Below are positions 48,876 to 58,546 of a stretch of DNA of 64,000 nucleotides, one piece after another. The number at the start of each line of letters is the position of its first letter. The stretch's first letter is position 1. Below the pieces are notes generated by a model that ran no database searches, was not told the DNA's origin, and saw only the letters and a list, made by a program, of their open reading frames with translations. The stretch is from Candidatus Latescibacterota bacterium (GTDB taxonomy: Bacteria; Latescibacterota; UBA2968; GCA-2709665). The stretch lies in contig OZ244937.1 of assembly GCA_965222075.1 (NCBI GenBank), forward strand, positions 3,104,001 through 3,168,000, written 5' to 3'. A program made the translations under genes and the position numbers.

Positions 48876-49985
48876 TTATCTGAGTGAAACAGGCTCCAGA
48901 CCGTCCGCCTGCCGCTGCCTGTTCACCTCATCAATCCGCCAGGGCACCACCGACCTGTCTGCTCGAAATCGGTCGTAATACCCCCCTTCGTACCGCGCAA
49001 TCGGCATCAGCGTCCGCTTCGACCGCACCGCTTTCAGCGCTTCCATGTCCAGGACCTCTCCACTTGCCGGATTGACCACCTCGATCTCCTCGATCCGATT
49101 TGTCCCCAGCCCCCGGCCGGCCGCGAATGCCAGATAGGGCGTAACCGCCGGATCCAGTCCCATCAGATACGTCCCCACCGCATCCACGTGCACCTCGTTC
49201 TCCCCCATCAGTGTCCACCCCAGCGGATAGTTCTCCCCCTCGTTGAACGCCGTCCCGTCCCGCCCGATCAGGCCGTCAACCATGCACAGCCGCGGGATAT
49301 TCAGGGCCCGTAGCGCAGCTACCAGATCGCACAGCTTGTGGTAAAACCGGTCTTCAAACAGGCTCAGCCCGCTTTCGGTAAGCCGCCAGATCCCCTCCTC
49401 CAGCGGTTTGTCCACCTCCTGAATATTGCACAGATGCCGCTCCGGCCTGGCCAGGATCCCCATCAAATTTTTGACCGCCAGCGTCGTACAGCCCAGGTTG
49501 TGGCATTTGGCCAGGGGCACGTTCAAGAAAAACGCGCAATCCGTCACCTCCCGGTAAATTGGATACGCCTCATATACCACCCCTCCGGGCGCCGCCACGG
49601 ACCGGCTCTCCGCCTCGTTCAACGCCGACAGCGAGACCCCGCGCCCGGCCGCCATCTGCGCGTACCCCGCCCCCTCCCACGTATGCCCGTGGTCCGGCTG
49701 CTCGCCCGACTGGCCGTCTCCCACCACCAACCGCTCTGCATCCACGCCCGCCTCCACCAGCGCGTCGACCATTCCCGCCAGAAATCCCGGATGCGTGACG
49801 ATCCGCTTTTCCGGAGGATAAAGCACCGTCGCATTCGGCTTCAGCAGGATTTTTCCCTCCACAGGCAGGGGCAGGTCCACCCGGTTCAATGCGTCATAAG
49901 CAAGCTCTCGGTAATGTTCAAAAGGGGCTTCCGCGCGATCGATCTTGGTGCGGTGCAGATAAACCCGATCCGCCTGTATCTTCAT
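48876..49985 (-). CDS. DUF362 domain protein
   Basis: ILLKPN, THP, PLAKCH, TLAVKNLMG, DAVG..LMG. Confidence 0.85.
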   Translation of the reverse strand: MKIQADRVYLHRTKIDRAEAPFEHYRELAYDALNRVDLPLPVEGKILLKPNATVLYPPEKRIVTHPGFLAGMVDALVEAGVDAERLVVGDGQSGEQPDHGHTWEGAGYAQMAAGRGVSLSALNEAESRSVAAPGGVVYEAYPIYREVTDCAFFLNVPLAKCHNLGCTTLAVKNLMGILARPERHLCNIQEVDKPLEEGIWRLTESGLSLFEDRFYHKLCDLVAALRALNIPRLCMVDGLIGRDGTAFNEGENYPLGWTLMGENEVHVDAVGTYLMGLDPAVTPYLAFAAGRGLGTNRIEEIEVVNPASGEVLDMEALKAVRSKRTLMPIARYEGGYYDRFRADRSVVPWRIDEVNRQRQADGLEPVSLR

Positions 49986-50114
49986 CCTGACCTCCATTCA
50001 ATAGGGTGTAACGCACGATCCAGTGGCTCGGTAAGTCTGCGCTCATACCAAACAGTCTGCGAGGTGGTCAAAAAGATCGGGTCTGTTCATAACACAAGCC
50101 GCAATGAACATGCA

Positions 50115-50238
50115 TCAGGAAATAGATTTCCCAAAATGCTTTGCAAAAGTTAAAAAGTCCGGAAAATTGACCTGCCCATCCTGGTTTAAGTCATAGATCG
50201 AGACAAAACAGTATCCCGATATATCTGGCGAACACCAT
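50115..50238 (-). pseudogene. collapsed secreted-protein gene: signal-peptide start fused out of frame to a dockerin/EF-hand-like C-terminus
   Basis: ATG 50238 gives MVFARYIGILFCL; another frame gives IYDLNQDGQVNFPDFLTFAKHFGKSIS* ending at 50115. Confidence 0.6.
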
Positions 50239-50241
50239 CTC

Positions 50242-51269
50242 TTACCCTTTCTTGTCGAACTTTCCCTCAAGAACCTGAATGCCTTTTTCAAGCACCGGGT
50301 CGCCTGTGTCAGAGGGGTCGGATGGGTAAGCTGACTGCAATATCGGGTGGAATACCAATGCCTTCATAGCTTATCATATCCACGGTAAAGACCTTTGACA
50401 CCGTGAGTTGATACGTCCACCCATTGGGCAGTTGGCCTTTCTTGGGGAGTCCAAGAGCACCTGCGGTGGGACTTCCAACGACCGTGACATGCGGGCGTTG
50501 TCTAAGCGCCAGGACAAAGCCTTCGGCCGCACTCGCGGTATATTTTCCAACGAGCAAGACAATGGGTCTGGTATATTGCCGCTCCCCTGCAGGCCCTGTT
50601 TGGAGTTCAAAAAGAGGCGTGAAGTCAGACCGATCCGGGGCGTTTGCGAAATTGTTCATAGCCATATACGTGTGTTGTATCCATAAAACGGGCCATGACA
50701 GCTCTGGCTATTTGTACCACACCACCAGGGTTCAGTCTCAGATCGACGATGATGCCAGGAGTGTTATGCAGCTGCTCCAAGACAGCATCAATGTCGCGTT
50801 CCCAGCTTTTAACGGACGACCTGGTTGAAAATCCAGGAATCCGGATATATCCGATATGATGATCCCGGATAATACCATAGAAGATACGGCCCTGTTCATG
50901 AATCTTTTCAAACTTAATCCTGATGGTTGTATTTCTTTCGACACCGCTGGTCCCTGATGGAAACGTGGCGAATGGAGAAACAAGAGCGACATGTCCATCG
51001 TTGAGATGTTCCAACATGGCAGTCAGGATGTCAAAAAGCTCCTGTGGGGTAGTCCGGGCCGCAATAGAAGGACGATGAACCCTGTAAAGCGCATCCCAGT
51101 CAATATTCTTGATCTCAAACGATGCGTAAAAGTCATTGAATTCCCGCCAGAAGATTTCAAAGTTGCGTTCGGGAGACGGGTCAAAATCGCCGCCTATGAT
51201 CGACTTTCCACATGAAAACTGAAGCACACAGGTTGTAACGATCCATAGCGCACGTAAGCAGATTTTCAT
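50242..51269 (-). pseudogene. S41 family lipoprotein peptidase with two frameshifts
   Basis: Lipobox LQFSC, NFEIFW, DGHV, IVDLRLNPGG, TASAAE, EGIGIPPD. Frameshifts near 50644 and 50325; the third frame gives DPVLEKGIQVL...*. Confidence 0.85.
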
Positions 51270-51270
51270 A

Positions 51271-52059
51271 TCACTTGACCTTGAAAGCGAAGCCGAGCAG
51301 CAGATGATGCGTGAACATTGAGGCCGTGCGTTTGTACCGCCGCGCTCGCTGGAAGTCCACCACGATAGAGCGTGTATAATTTTATGGACGATCAATAGCC
51401 GATTTGCATATTGAAGCCGGATATTGAAATGCGCAAAACGGTTCCAAAAGACAAAATCTCCATCGAGTAAACTCTCCTCATTGGATACGATGCCAATTGA
51501 GTGTGGCAGGTAAAAGCGATATGATATTGCTGCCGGTATATGCTCTGAGATGGTGCCGTGTGTTGAAACGAAAGTCACCAACGATTGCAAGACTCAGGCT
51601 GAAATCCATATCCCCAATAGGCGGGGAATGTATAGGTGGAGAAACATATTCTTTAACATAAAATCCCGCTGATATGCCCCCCATGATGCCCAACTTCACC
51701 TTCTCCTCGAAATATGATGCCAGATAACGGCCATATAACCCCTCAACCTGAACGTACGTTATATTTACACTTGTCTCGGAAGCGTATAGTTTACCACGAC
51801 CGAGTGTGAAAAAAGAAGCCCAAAGGCTTTTTGGTGTTTCGGTTAGTGAGAGTCCGGCGAGCGATCGCGGCTGACCGTCGTACCGAAGGTAGGAACCCAA
51901 TTCATCCTTCAGGTAGAATTGCGATAGACCTGCTGCGATCCCATACCATTCCTCACTTTTTTTCTCCTTTTTGGCACGCTTGTTTTCTTCCTCCTTTTCT
52001 TGACCAAAGGCATCCACTCCCCCAAGCACCAGACATAAGACGATCAGTGTTCTGATCAT
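51271..52059 (-). pseudogene. outer-membrane beta-barrel-like protein, multiply frameshifted
   Basis: Signal peptide, KDELGSYLRYDG. Coding-like segments continue in other frames to HHLLLGFAFKVK* at 51271, 1 bp before the S41 start. Confidence 0.6.
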
Positions 52060-52165
52060 GTTTTCTACCTGCCAGAGCGATAGCACTTCAGATAATTATT
52101 CTGAGTTTACGCAGCCTTTGGCATGATGTCTTCAGCAGCGGCATAATCGCCCAGGGTTTGCCGTA

Positions 52166-52294
52166 CCTGCCTGCCTGTGCGTGCTGTCTCACCTGCCTGC
52201 GCGGCGCACCGCGCTGCAGGCAGGCGCACGCAGACAGGCTTTCGGTGTCGCACCTGTCAGGCAGGCCGAGCTCGACTCGGCAGGCAGCAGACAG
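52166..52294. repeat. nested CCTGC...GCAGG/CAGACAGG palindromic elements
   Basis: Inner CCTGCCTGC...GCAGGCAGG (52192-52224) inside CTGCCTGTGCGTG...CACGCAGACAGG, with further outer arms. Confidence 0.75.
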
Positions 52295-52333
52295 AGCACC
52301 CGGAGGCGTGATCTATTTTTCAGATTCTTTTCC

Positions 52334-54751
52334 TCACCCCTGAATTCCTCTGGTCTCACCAGGAGCGATCCGTTCGGTTCCTCCTTCTCCTTCGCCGCTT
52401 GCGATTTCCACCTGTGCGTCGCCGTCTCCGATATTGGTCACATAAGTCGCGCCGTCCGGAACAGCGTCCACCCGGATGTCGCCCTCGACCCGGAGGGTGC
52501 GGACAGCCTCGAGGAGGCAGGCGGTTTGGCCGTTGAGAGTGACGGTGCAACGCAGGGTGTCTCCGGCAGCCTCGACGGTTGCGCCGGAGTAGATCGGTAA
52601 TTTTTCCGGGCGGGACAGACTGAAGGCACAGGCACGGCGGTTTGCCTCGAAGTTGGCCGCCGCGAGATAGCCGTCGGCGGCAAGGGCAGCGCTGTTCTGG
52701 GCACCCGACAGGGCGTGGAAGCCGGTTGAGGCGGTGTCATCGTGAGATTGTTCAGGGGTGAGCAGGGCGGTCAGGCGGCCGGCCTCATCGCCGGTGTTGA
52801 GCGATTTCGGTTCCTGCTGGCGAGAAAGGATGAGGTCGTCGGCGATGGCGCGGTAGGGTTTGTAGTAATGGCGGTTGTGGTAGACTGCCTGTCCGGCGCC
52901 TGTGAAGTGGATGCCCAGGCGGTTGTCGATGTTGAGCCAGGCGGGTTGTCCAAGCGTGTCAACGATATCGTCGCTTTCGGCATCGCCGTGCCAGCCTTTG
53001 TAGTCGGTCGACCCATCGGGACGGTAGAGACTACGGACGCCCCGGCAGTTGGGGGCAAGCAATGGGAAGGTTTCGTTGGTAATGCGGAGGAAGCCCTGGT
53101 CAAGGGATTCGAGGGTGAGGTCCTCCAGTGCGACGAAGCGTTCGAAGGAGAGGACGCGCCCGTCGGGAAGGCTGGCGAAGAGGACCTGCTGGCGAAGGGT
53201 CTCCTGGCAGCGGTCCATAACCAGGGCGGCGGCGAAGCTGTGGCCGTATTCGGTGACGGTGACCTTCTTGAGACGGTGGCTGTCGGGGCGGTCCTGGACA
53301 ACCGGGACGCCCAGATAGGTGTCGGAGCAGGGGGCGATGGTGTAGATGCCTTCTTTTGTGAGGGGTAAGGCCATGATGGCGTTTCGCCAGGCGAAGGAGG
53401 TCTGGCCGTTTTTATGCCTGTGGTGGACGAATCCGGCATGCGGAAAGGTGCGCACGCCGGCGAGGCGGTCTTCGAGTTCGGCTTCGGGGAGGGGGTCGGG
53501 TCCGGACCCGAAGAGGCGGTGGAAGAGGTAGAGGTGGGCGACGGAGCGGATGTTGGTTTCCCGCATGATGAGGGGGTCCTGCTGGCCGTGCGCTTTCATG
53601 GCCAGGTCGCGGTCGAAGAGTCTGCCGTTGTTGCCTTCCATCCGGAGTTCGCCGCAGCGGAGACCCCGGCGCTGGAGCGCGGCGGCGGCGGGATCGTTGA
53701 AGAAGACGGCGGCGATGGCGTGGGAGGTCTCTGTTCCGACGGTGGGGAGGTAGGGCCAGTCCATGCCCTGAACGGCCTGGGCGTAGCCCCCGCCGTCGGT
53801 GAGGGATTTGAGGTTTTCGTAGACGCGCTTGCGGTTCCAGAAGAGCTCGGAGGGGAGGTCCCTGCCCCAGAGTTTGTAGTGGGAGCCGACGCTCATGAGG
53901 GACCGGACGCCGGAGCCGGTATAGTTGGGATGAACCATGCCGTGGTTCTCCGCCCAGTAGTCGGGCAGCGCGGTGAAGGTTTTGAAGGCGAGCTCCCCGG
54001 CGGTAGCATCGCCGACGGGACCGTGATCCTTTGCGTCCTGGGGAGCGGCGCAGGTGGAATACATCCAGCGGTGCGTCAGTGCCTCCCAGTCGGACGCATT
54101 TTCGTGGCGGGAGAGGAAGAGGAAGCAGGAGGTGAGGCCCATAGAGGTCCAGGCGTTTTCTTCCATCTGGGTGTCCACGTAGATGCCGCTTTTGGGGGGC
54201 ATGTCGCCGAAGCGCAACGCATAGTCTTCGTGGATGCGGGCCATCATCATCCAGGTTTCCTCGTTGATGTGGTCGCGCAGGAGAAGGCAGATGCGGGCCA
54301 TGCTGGCGATGCCGCTGCCGCACTGGCTTTCGCAGAAAAAGCCCCTGCCGCGCTCGCCCCATTTGGTGCTGCAATTCTCCGGGCGCCCGAGGCCGGTGGC
54401 GGGCCGGACACAGTCTTCAGGACCGGTGTCGTGGGTGAAGCAGAGGTAGCGGAGACCCTTGATGGCCATCTCCCGGAGGTCGGATCTGGAGACGCCGACG
54501 GCCTGTTCGTCGTATTCGGGGGAGACGCTGGCTAAGGCAAAGGCCTCGGCGGGGGCGTTGGTTTCGTTGCCGTACCAGTGGCAGCCGCTGAAGAAGTGCC
54601 CGCAGCCGGGGCGGTCTGGCCAGTCGGCGAAGTATTCGACGCCGACGGGGATCCACGCTTCGAGCATGCGAAGGTAGCGCCGGCTCAGGTCGTTTTCCCC
54701 GGACGGAAGGTAAGCGGTCTTAAGGTCGGTGGTGTCGTCGATTGTGACCAT
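52334..54751 (-). CDS. large hypothetical protein (probable alpha/alpha-toroid plus beta-supersandwich, lyase-like)
   Basis: About 805 aa, AAGGAG RBS, DTQMEENAW and ENHGMVHPNY motifs, WLNIDNRLG. Confidence 0.65.
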   Translation of the reverse strand: MVTIDDTTDLKTAYLPSGENDLSRRYLRMLEAWIPVGVEYFADWPDRPGCGHFFSGCHWYGNETNAPAEAFALASVSPEYDEQAVGVSRSDLREMAIKGLRYLCFTHDTGPEDCVRPATGLGRPENCSTKWGERGRGFFCESQCGSGIASMARICLLLRDHINEETWMMMARIHEDYALRFGDMPPKSGIYVDTQMEENAWTSMGLTSCFLFLSRHENASDWEALTHRWMYSTCAAPQDAKDHGPVGDATAGELAFKTFTALPDYWAENHGMVHPNYTGSGVRSLMSVGSHYKLWGRDLPSELFWNRKRVYENLKSLTDGGGYAQAVQGMDWPYLPTVGTETSHAIAAVFFNDPAAAALQRRGLRCGELRMEGNNGRLFDRDLAMKAHGQQDPLIMRETNIRSVAHLYLFHRLFGSGPDPLPEAELEDRLAGVRTFPHAGFVHHRHKNGQTSFAWRNAIMALPLTKEGIYTIAPCSDTYLGVPVVQDRPDSHRLKKVTVTEYGHSFAAALVMDRCQETLRQQVLFASLPDGRVLSFERFVALEDLTLESLDQGFLRITNETFPLLAPNCRGVRSLYRPDGSTDYKGWHGDAESDDIVDTLGQPAWLNIDNRLGIHFTGAGQAVYHNRHYYKPYRAIADDLILSRQQEPKSLNTGDEAGRLTALLTPEQSHDDTASTGFHALSGAQNSAALAADGYLAAANFEANRRACAFSLSRPEKLPIYSGATVEAAGDTLRCTVTLNGQTACLLEAVRTLRVEGDIRVDAVPDGATYVTNIGDGDAQVEIASGEGEGGTERIAPGETRGIQG

Positions 54752-54790
54752 TGAGGAAGTCTCCTTTAGGGTGGATAGATACGCAAATAC

Positions 54791-54874
54791 AACCACCGAT
54801 GAACACCGATTTCAATTGGGGATTGGAGATTGGGGATTGGATGCTTTTTAATCCGCATTCCGAAATCCCCAATT
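54791..54874. repeat. intergenic short-unit repeats (AACCACCGATGAACACCGAT plus inverted heptamer arrays)
   Basis: (ATTGGRG)x3-4 facing AATCCGC/ATTCCGA/AATCCCC. AACCACCGATG also at 37516 and 109-119 (minus). Confidence 0.6.
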
Positions 54875-54885
54875 TTTCGAGGGTC

Positions 54886-57579
54886 CTAAAATATCGTGAC
54901 GTTGGCAATTTCAAAGCGGTTCTGCCCGGTCCACGACCGGCCTGGGAAGAAGGTATGCCTGCTCGTGCCGTCCGGGGCGATTTCAAAGCCGGGGTCGTCG
55001 GAGAGGAGAAGCACAGTACGGCCTTCCCGATCAGATACACCTGCGATTTCATAGCCATAGGTGAACCCCGCGCCGTCCGTTACAATAACCGTTAACCCTT
55101 TGAGCCGGGCGCCGGGCGGGAGCGGACAATCCACGGCCAGCCCGTCCACCGCATCTCCTCGCGCTTTTCTCAGTACTTCCACGATCCCTCCGGAGACCAT
55201 ACCTTCGTCCATCAGCCGGTGGGGGCCTTTTTCCAGGACCGTGCCTCCCACCAGGGTCATTCGCTCGACGGTTCCGTTTCGTTCGCGTATGAAGCCGATC
55301 CGGCCCTGGAGGAGGATGTCGCCTGTGTGCAGGGGGTGATCGCCGGAGGCGCAGAGGAGATGGTCCGTTCGATCGCCGAAGGTGATTTTGAGGGCGACAT
55401 CGTTCGGGTCCGGAAGGGGGAGGCGCTCGACCGAGGTGAGGAAGGGACGATCCTCGAAAGGTTCCAGGATGCTGACAAAGGCGCTGGAGAGGTCCTTTCC
55501 CTCGCGGCGCTGGATGAGGGTGGGCATGGTGAAGTCGTCCAGCTTGCCTTCATTTTCCCCGGCACGGCGGACCGAGGGGACGGCGCCAAATAGAAGATGG
55601 GCGTCCGGCTCAGAGAGGCCGTGGACTTTTACGGCGGCCTCCGGGGCTGCCTCGCTGGTAAAGGTGGCGGTCCACGGGCCGGCGGGCGAGGCGCGTTCGA
55701 TGTTTCGCACGTAGGCGTAGGCGATGTTGTGGCCTTGCGCATCGCCGGGGACGTTTTCGCCGGTTGGGAGGCGGAAGGTGACGCCGGGCGGAAGGAGCGT
55801 ATCCCCATACCTGGTCTTTGACAGGTCGGTTTCGATCGCGCCGTCGTGGTTTGCGTCTCCAACCAGGGTGTATTCGTGCCGTTTGCCGCCCCTGACGCGG
55901 AAGAGGTCCACCACGTATGCGTCCTCCGGGGAGACGCCGATGAGGAGCAGCATCCGCCGGTAGGTCTGCGTGATGCCGGGGTAGGCGCGCGCTCCGCCGG
56001 CCTCGACGGCCTGGAAGTTCCCGTCTCCAGGGATGTAGAGGAGCAGGTTGCCGTCGGAGGGGCGTTTCTCGGACCCGTGCGTCTGGTTCTGCCCGTCTAC
56101 CATGACCGTGCTGTGCGAGAGGGTGCAGGCGGCCCATTCTCTGTGTTTGGTCCAGGTGTAGCCGATGTCGGAGAGGCGCTCGTTTCCGTGTGAGAAGAGG
56201 GTGATGCTCAACAGATCAGCGTGCGCGTGGCCATAGGCGCCGGAGAAGTGGAGGTGGGCCTGCACCTGGTGGGGACCGCGCCCCCGGCCGAGCCAGGCGT
56301 GGCCGACGCCCGGCAGCAGGTGCGGGCCGGTGGACGCCGTGGGGTCCCGCTGCTCCCACGCCCAGGCATCGTGAATGGGGACGACCCGGCCGTTGGGATA
56401 GCGGAGGATGCAGGGGATCAGCCGGGCTTTTTCGAGGATGGGGAACTGTGCCGGGAGATCGAGGTTGTCGAAGCGTTCCCCGGTTTCCGGGTGGGTGTAG
56501 CCGGGGGGGTCGCTGTAGCCGTTGAGGAGTTCGAAGAGAGGGCCCAGGCCGTCGAGGGTCATGGTGTGGTAGGAGACGGTGCCCTCGCGCCACATGCCGT
56601 CGACGAAGAACTGTTTTTTGATGATTCTGCCGGTCCAGTCCACGGCCTCGTGGATGTATGCCGGGTCGTTCAGCACGCGGCCGGCGACGATCAGCCCGCG
56701 CAGGATATAGGGGTCGGCGTTGCTCAACTGCTGCGGATAGGCGCGGACGAAGGCGATGCTGGCCCGGAAGAGGTCCTCTTCGATCCGGCGTTTTGTCTCG
56801 GCCTCCAGCGCTTCGCTGTCGCGGATGAGGTCGTAGGCCCGGATGAGGGGGGTGGGGATGTCGGAATAGGTCCAGAAGGAGAGTTTGGCGGCCCGGTAGT
56901 TGGAGACCGGGTAGGGGAATCCGTGATCACCGGGGAAGATGACTTTTTGCTGGAAGGGCATGTCGTAGTGGACGCAGTAGCCGGGGTAGACGTCGGCGAA
57001 CCGTTTCAGAATGAGGGCGGCGCGGTGAGCGTAAGATGCGTCTTGGGTGAGAAAATAGAGTTGGGCCAGATCCCAGGCGGCGTTCATAAAATAGTCCTGG
57101 GCGACCTGCCAGCCTTTGGCCTGGAAATAGTGGCGGTAGCCTCCCTTCGGGTCAAAGGCGGACAGAGAATGCGGGAGCGGGGTCGGGGGCGAGTCCGGCG
57201 CCTCCCAGTAGGGGTATTCCTGTATTTCGCCAAGCGGGTTTGTGACGCAAAGGACGCCGGTTTCCGGGTAGGTCTCGCCGGGATAGCGCATCCCGCAGAA
57301 GCGGCAGAAGGTTTCGTCCGGGCGTTCGATGCTCCAGGTGATCTGGTTTTCCTCCGCGCCGTTTTCGCAGTTGGGACATCCCACGAAGCGGAATCCGGAG
57401 CGGTCCGGGATGAGACGTAAGAGTTCCGGCTCTGAGAGCACCAGCACGGGCTTGAGCTTATTGAGCAGCGGCTCGATGTCACCCTCGTCCACCGTCGGGG
57501 AGATGGCCGGACCCGGGGCGGCCTCAAGGAGGGTGGGAAGAAGAAGGACCAGCACGAGCAAGAAGATGTAGGTGAGCAT
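54886..57579 (-). CDS. secreted heparinase II/III-like protein
   Basis: Signal peptide, two CxxC motifs, DGMWREGTVSYH, HAHADLLSI, DIGY, SHSTVMVDG, YRR, YVVDLFRVRGG. Confidence 0.8.
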   Translation of the reverse strand: MLTYIFLLVLVLLLPTLLEAAPGPAISPTVDEGDIEPLLNKLKPVLVLSEPELLRLIPDRSGFRFVGCPNCENGAEENQITWSIERPDETFCRFCGMRYPGETYPETGVLCVTNPLGEIQEYPYWEAPDSPPTPLPHSLSAFDPKGGYRHYFQAKGWQVAQDYFMNAAWDLAQLYFLTQDASYAHRAALILKRFADVYPGYCVHYDMPFQQKVIFPGDHGFPYPVSNYRAAKLSFWTYSDIPTPLIRAYDLIRDSEALEAETKRRIEEDLFRASIAFVRAYPQQLSNADPYILRGLIVAGRVLNDPAYIHEAVDWTGRIIKKQFFVDGMWREGTVSYHTMTLDGLGPLFELLNGYSDPPGYTHPETGERFDNLDLPAQFPILEKARLIPCILRYPNGRVVPIHDAWAWEQRDPTASTGPHLLPGVGHAWLGRGRGPHQVQAHLHFSGAYGHAHADLLSITLFSHGNERLSDIGYTWTKHREWAACTLSHSTVMVDGQNQTHGSEKRPSDGNLLLYIPGDGNFQAVEAGGARAYPGITQTYRRMLLLIGVSPEDAYVVDLFRVRGGKRHEYTLVGDANHDGAIETDLSKTRYGDTLLPPGVTFRLPTGENVPGDAQGHNIAYAYVRNIERASPAGPWTATFTSEAAPEAAVKVHGLSEPDAHLLFGAVPSVRRAGENEGKLDDFTMPTLIQRREGKDLSSAFVSILEPFEDRPFLTSVERLPLPDPNDVALKITFGDRTDHLLCASGDHPLHTGDILLQGRIGFIRERNGTVERMTLVGGTVLEKGPHRLMDEGMVSGGIVEVLRKARGDAVDGLAVDCPLPPGARLKGLTVIVTDGAGFTYGYEIAGVSDREGRTVLLLSDDPGFEIAPDGTSRHTFFPGRSWTGQNRFEIANVTIF

Positions 57580-57643
57580 GGATGGTGCTTTCTGGTCGAG
57601 GTTAAGTGTTCACCCTATATTCGCTTCCAGACCGGATCGCCCG

Positions 57644-58417
57644 CTATGCACCTTGCGGCCTCGGGTGGACCTGCCAGTTATCGTTCGGGTCCCCGCCACA
57701 GCAGAGGACGGCCCACTTTTTGCGGCCGAGGGTGGGCACGAGATCGGTGCCGGCGTAGGTTGCGGTGAAGCCGCCCCGGGGTCTGTCGGCAGTCCGGTTG
57801 GGGGGCGAGGCATGGATGAGCAGGTCTGAGAAGAAGACGGCCTGGCCGGGTTTGAGTTCGATGGGGACCGCTTCGCCGTAGCGTCCGGCGTCGGGGATGT
57901 GGTGGCCGGCTTCCTCGCACTCGATGACCCCCAGCTTGTGCGATCCGGGGATGAACCCCATGCAGCCGTTTTCAATAAAAGCCTCGTCAATGGCAAGCCA
58001 GACGAGTGCACATCTCGCGTCCATCGGGTTGAAGGTGGCATCCTGGTGGTAGACGGTTCTGCTGCTGCTGTTGGGGTCCGGTTCCTTGCGGATGTACTGG
58101 CTGGTGTGACAAATGACGTTGGGGCCGAGGAGGTCTTTCAGGTAATCCGTGGTGACCGGGTGGGTGACGATGTCGTAGAGTTCGGGGATTTCGTGGTGGA
58201 AGGCCTGGAACTGGTCGTAGCTGGTGAGCCTTTTCCTGGATCTGGAGAAAAAGTCCTGGATCTCTTCGAGTTCACTGCCTTCAAAGAGGGGAACCCCTGT
58301 GATGTATCCCTGTTCGTTGTAGCAACCGATCTGTTCGCGTGTGAAGTGTCGAGACGCTTCACGGACAATGGGATGAAAGGTGAGGTCCGGGTCCAGGTCG
58401 GGGTACATGGATTTCAT
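57644..58417 (-). CDS. phytanoyl-CoA dioxygenase (PhyH) family Fe(II)/2OG oxygenase
   Basis: HQD, WLAID, ENGCMGFIPGSH, IHASPPN..R. Confidence 0.9.
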   Translation of the reverse strand: MKSMYPDLDPDLTFHPIVREASRHFTREQIGCYNEQGYITGVPLFEGSELEEIQDFFSRSRKRLTSYDQFQAFHHEIPELYDIVTHPVTTDYLKDLLGPNVICHTSQYIRKEPDPNSSSRTVYHQDATFNPMDARCALVWLAIDEAFIENGCMGFIPGSHKLGVIECEEAGHHIPDAGRYGEAVPIELKPGQAVFFSDLLIHASPPNRTADRPRGGFTATYAGTDLVPTLGRKKWAVLCCGGDPNDNWQVHPRPQGA

Positions 58418-58546
58418 GGGTGTGGTCTCCTCCGGTTATGCTACGCGCTAACCTTCTTCCCCGTGCGGATGCCGGTTACCGCGGGACCGTTGCGGTGCCG
58501 GCCATGAATGTGTTCAGCATGGTATTTCCTCAGTTGAAGACAACCC

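Noticed and set aside
50195-50241. GATGGTGTTCGCC resembling a fluoride (crcB) riboswitch
   Set aside because: The 5' GGCGA arm of P1 and the pseudoknot partner are absent. The sequence is better explained as the start of the collapsed gene.
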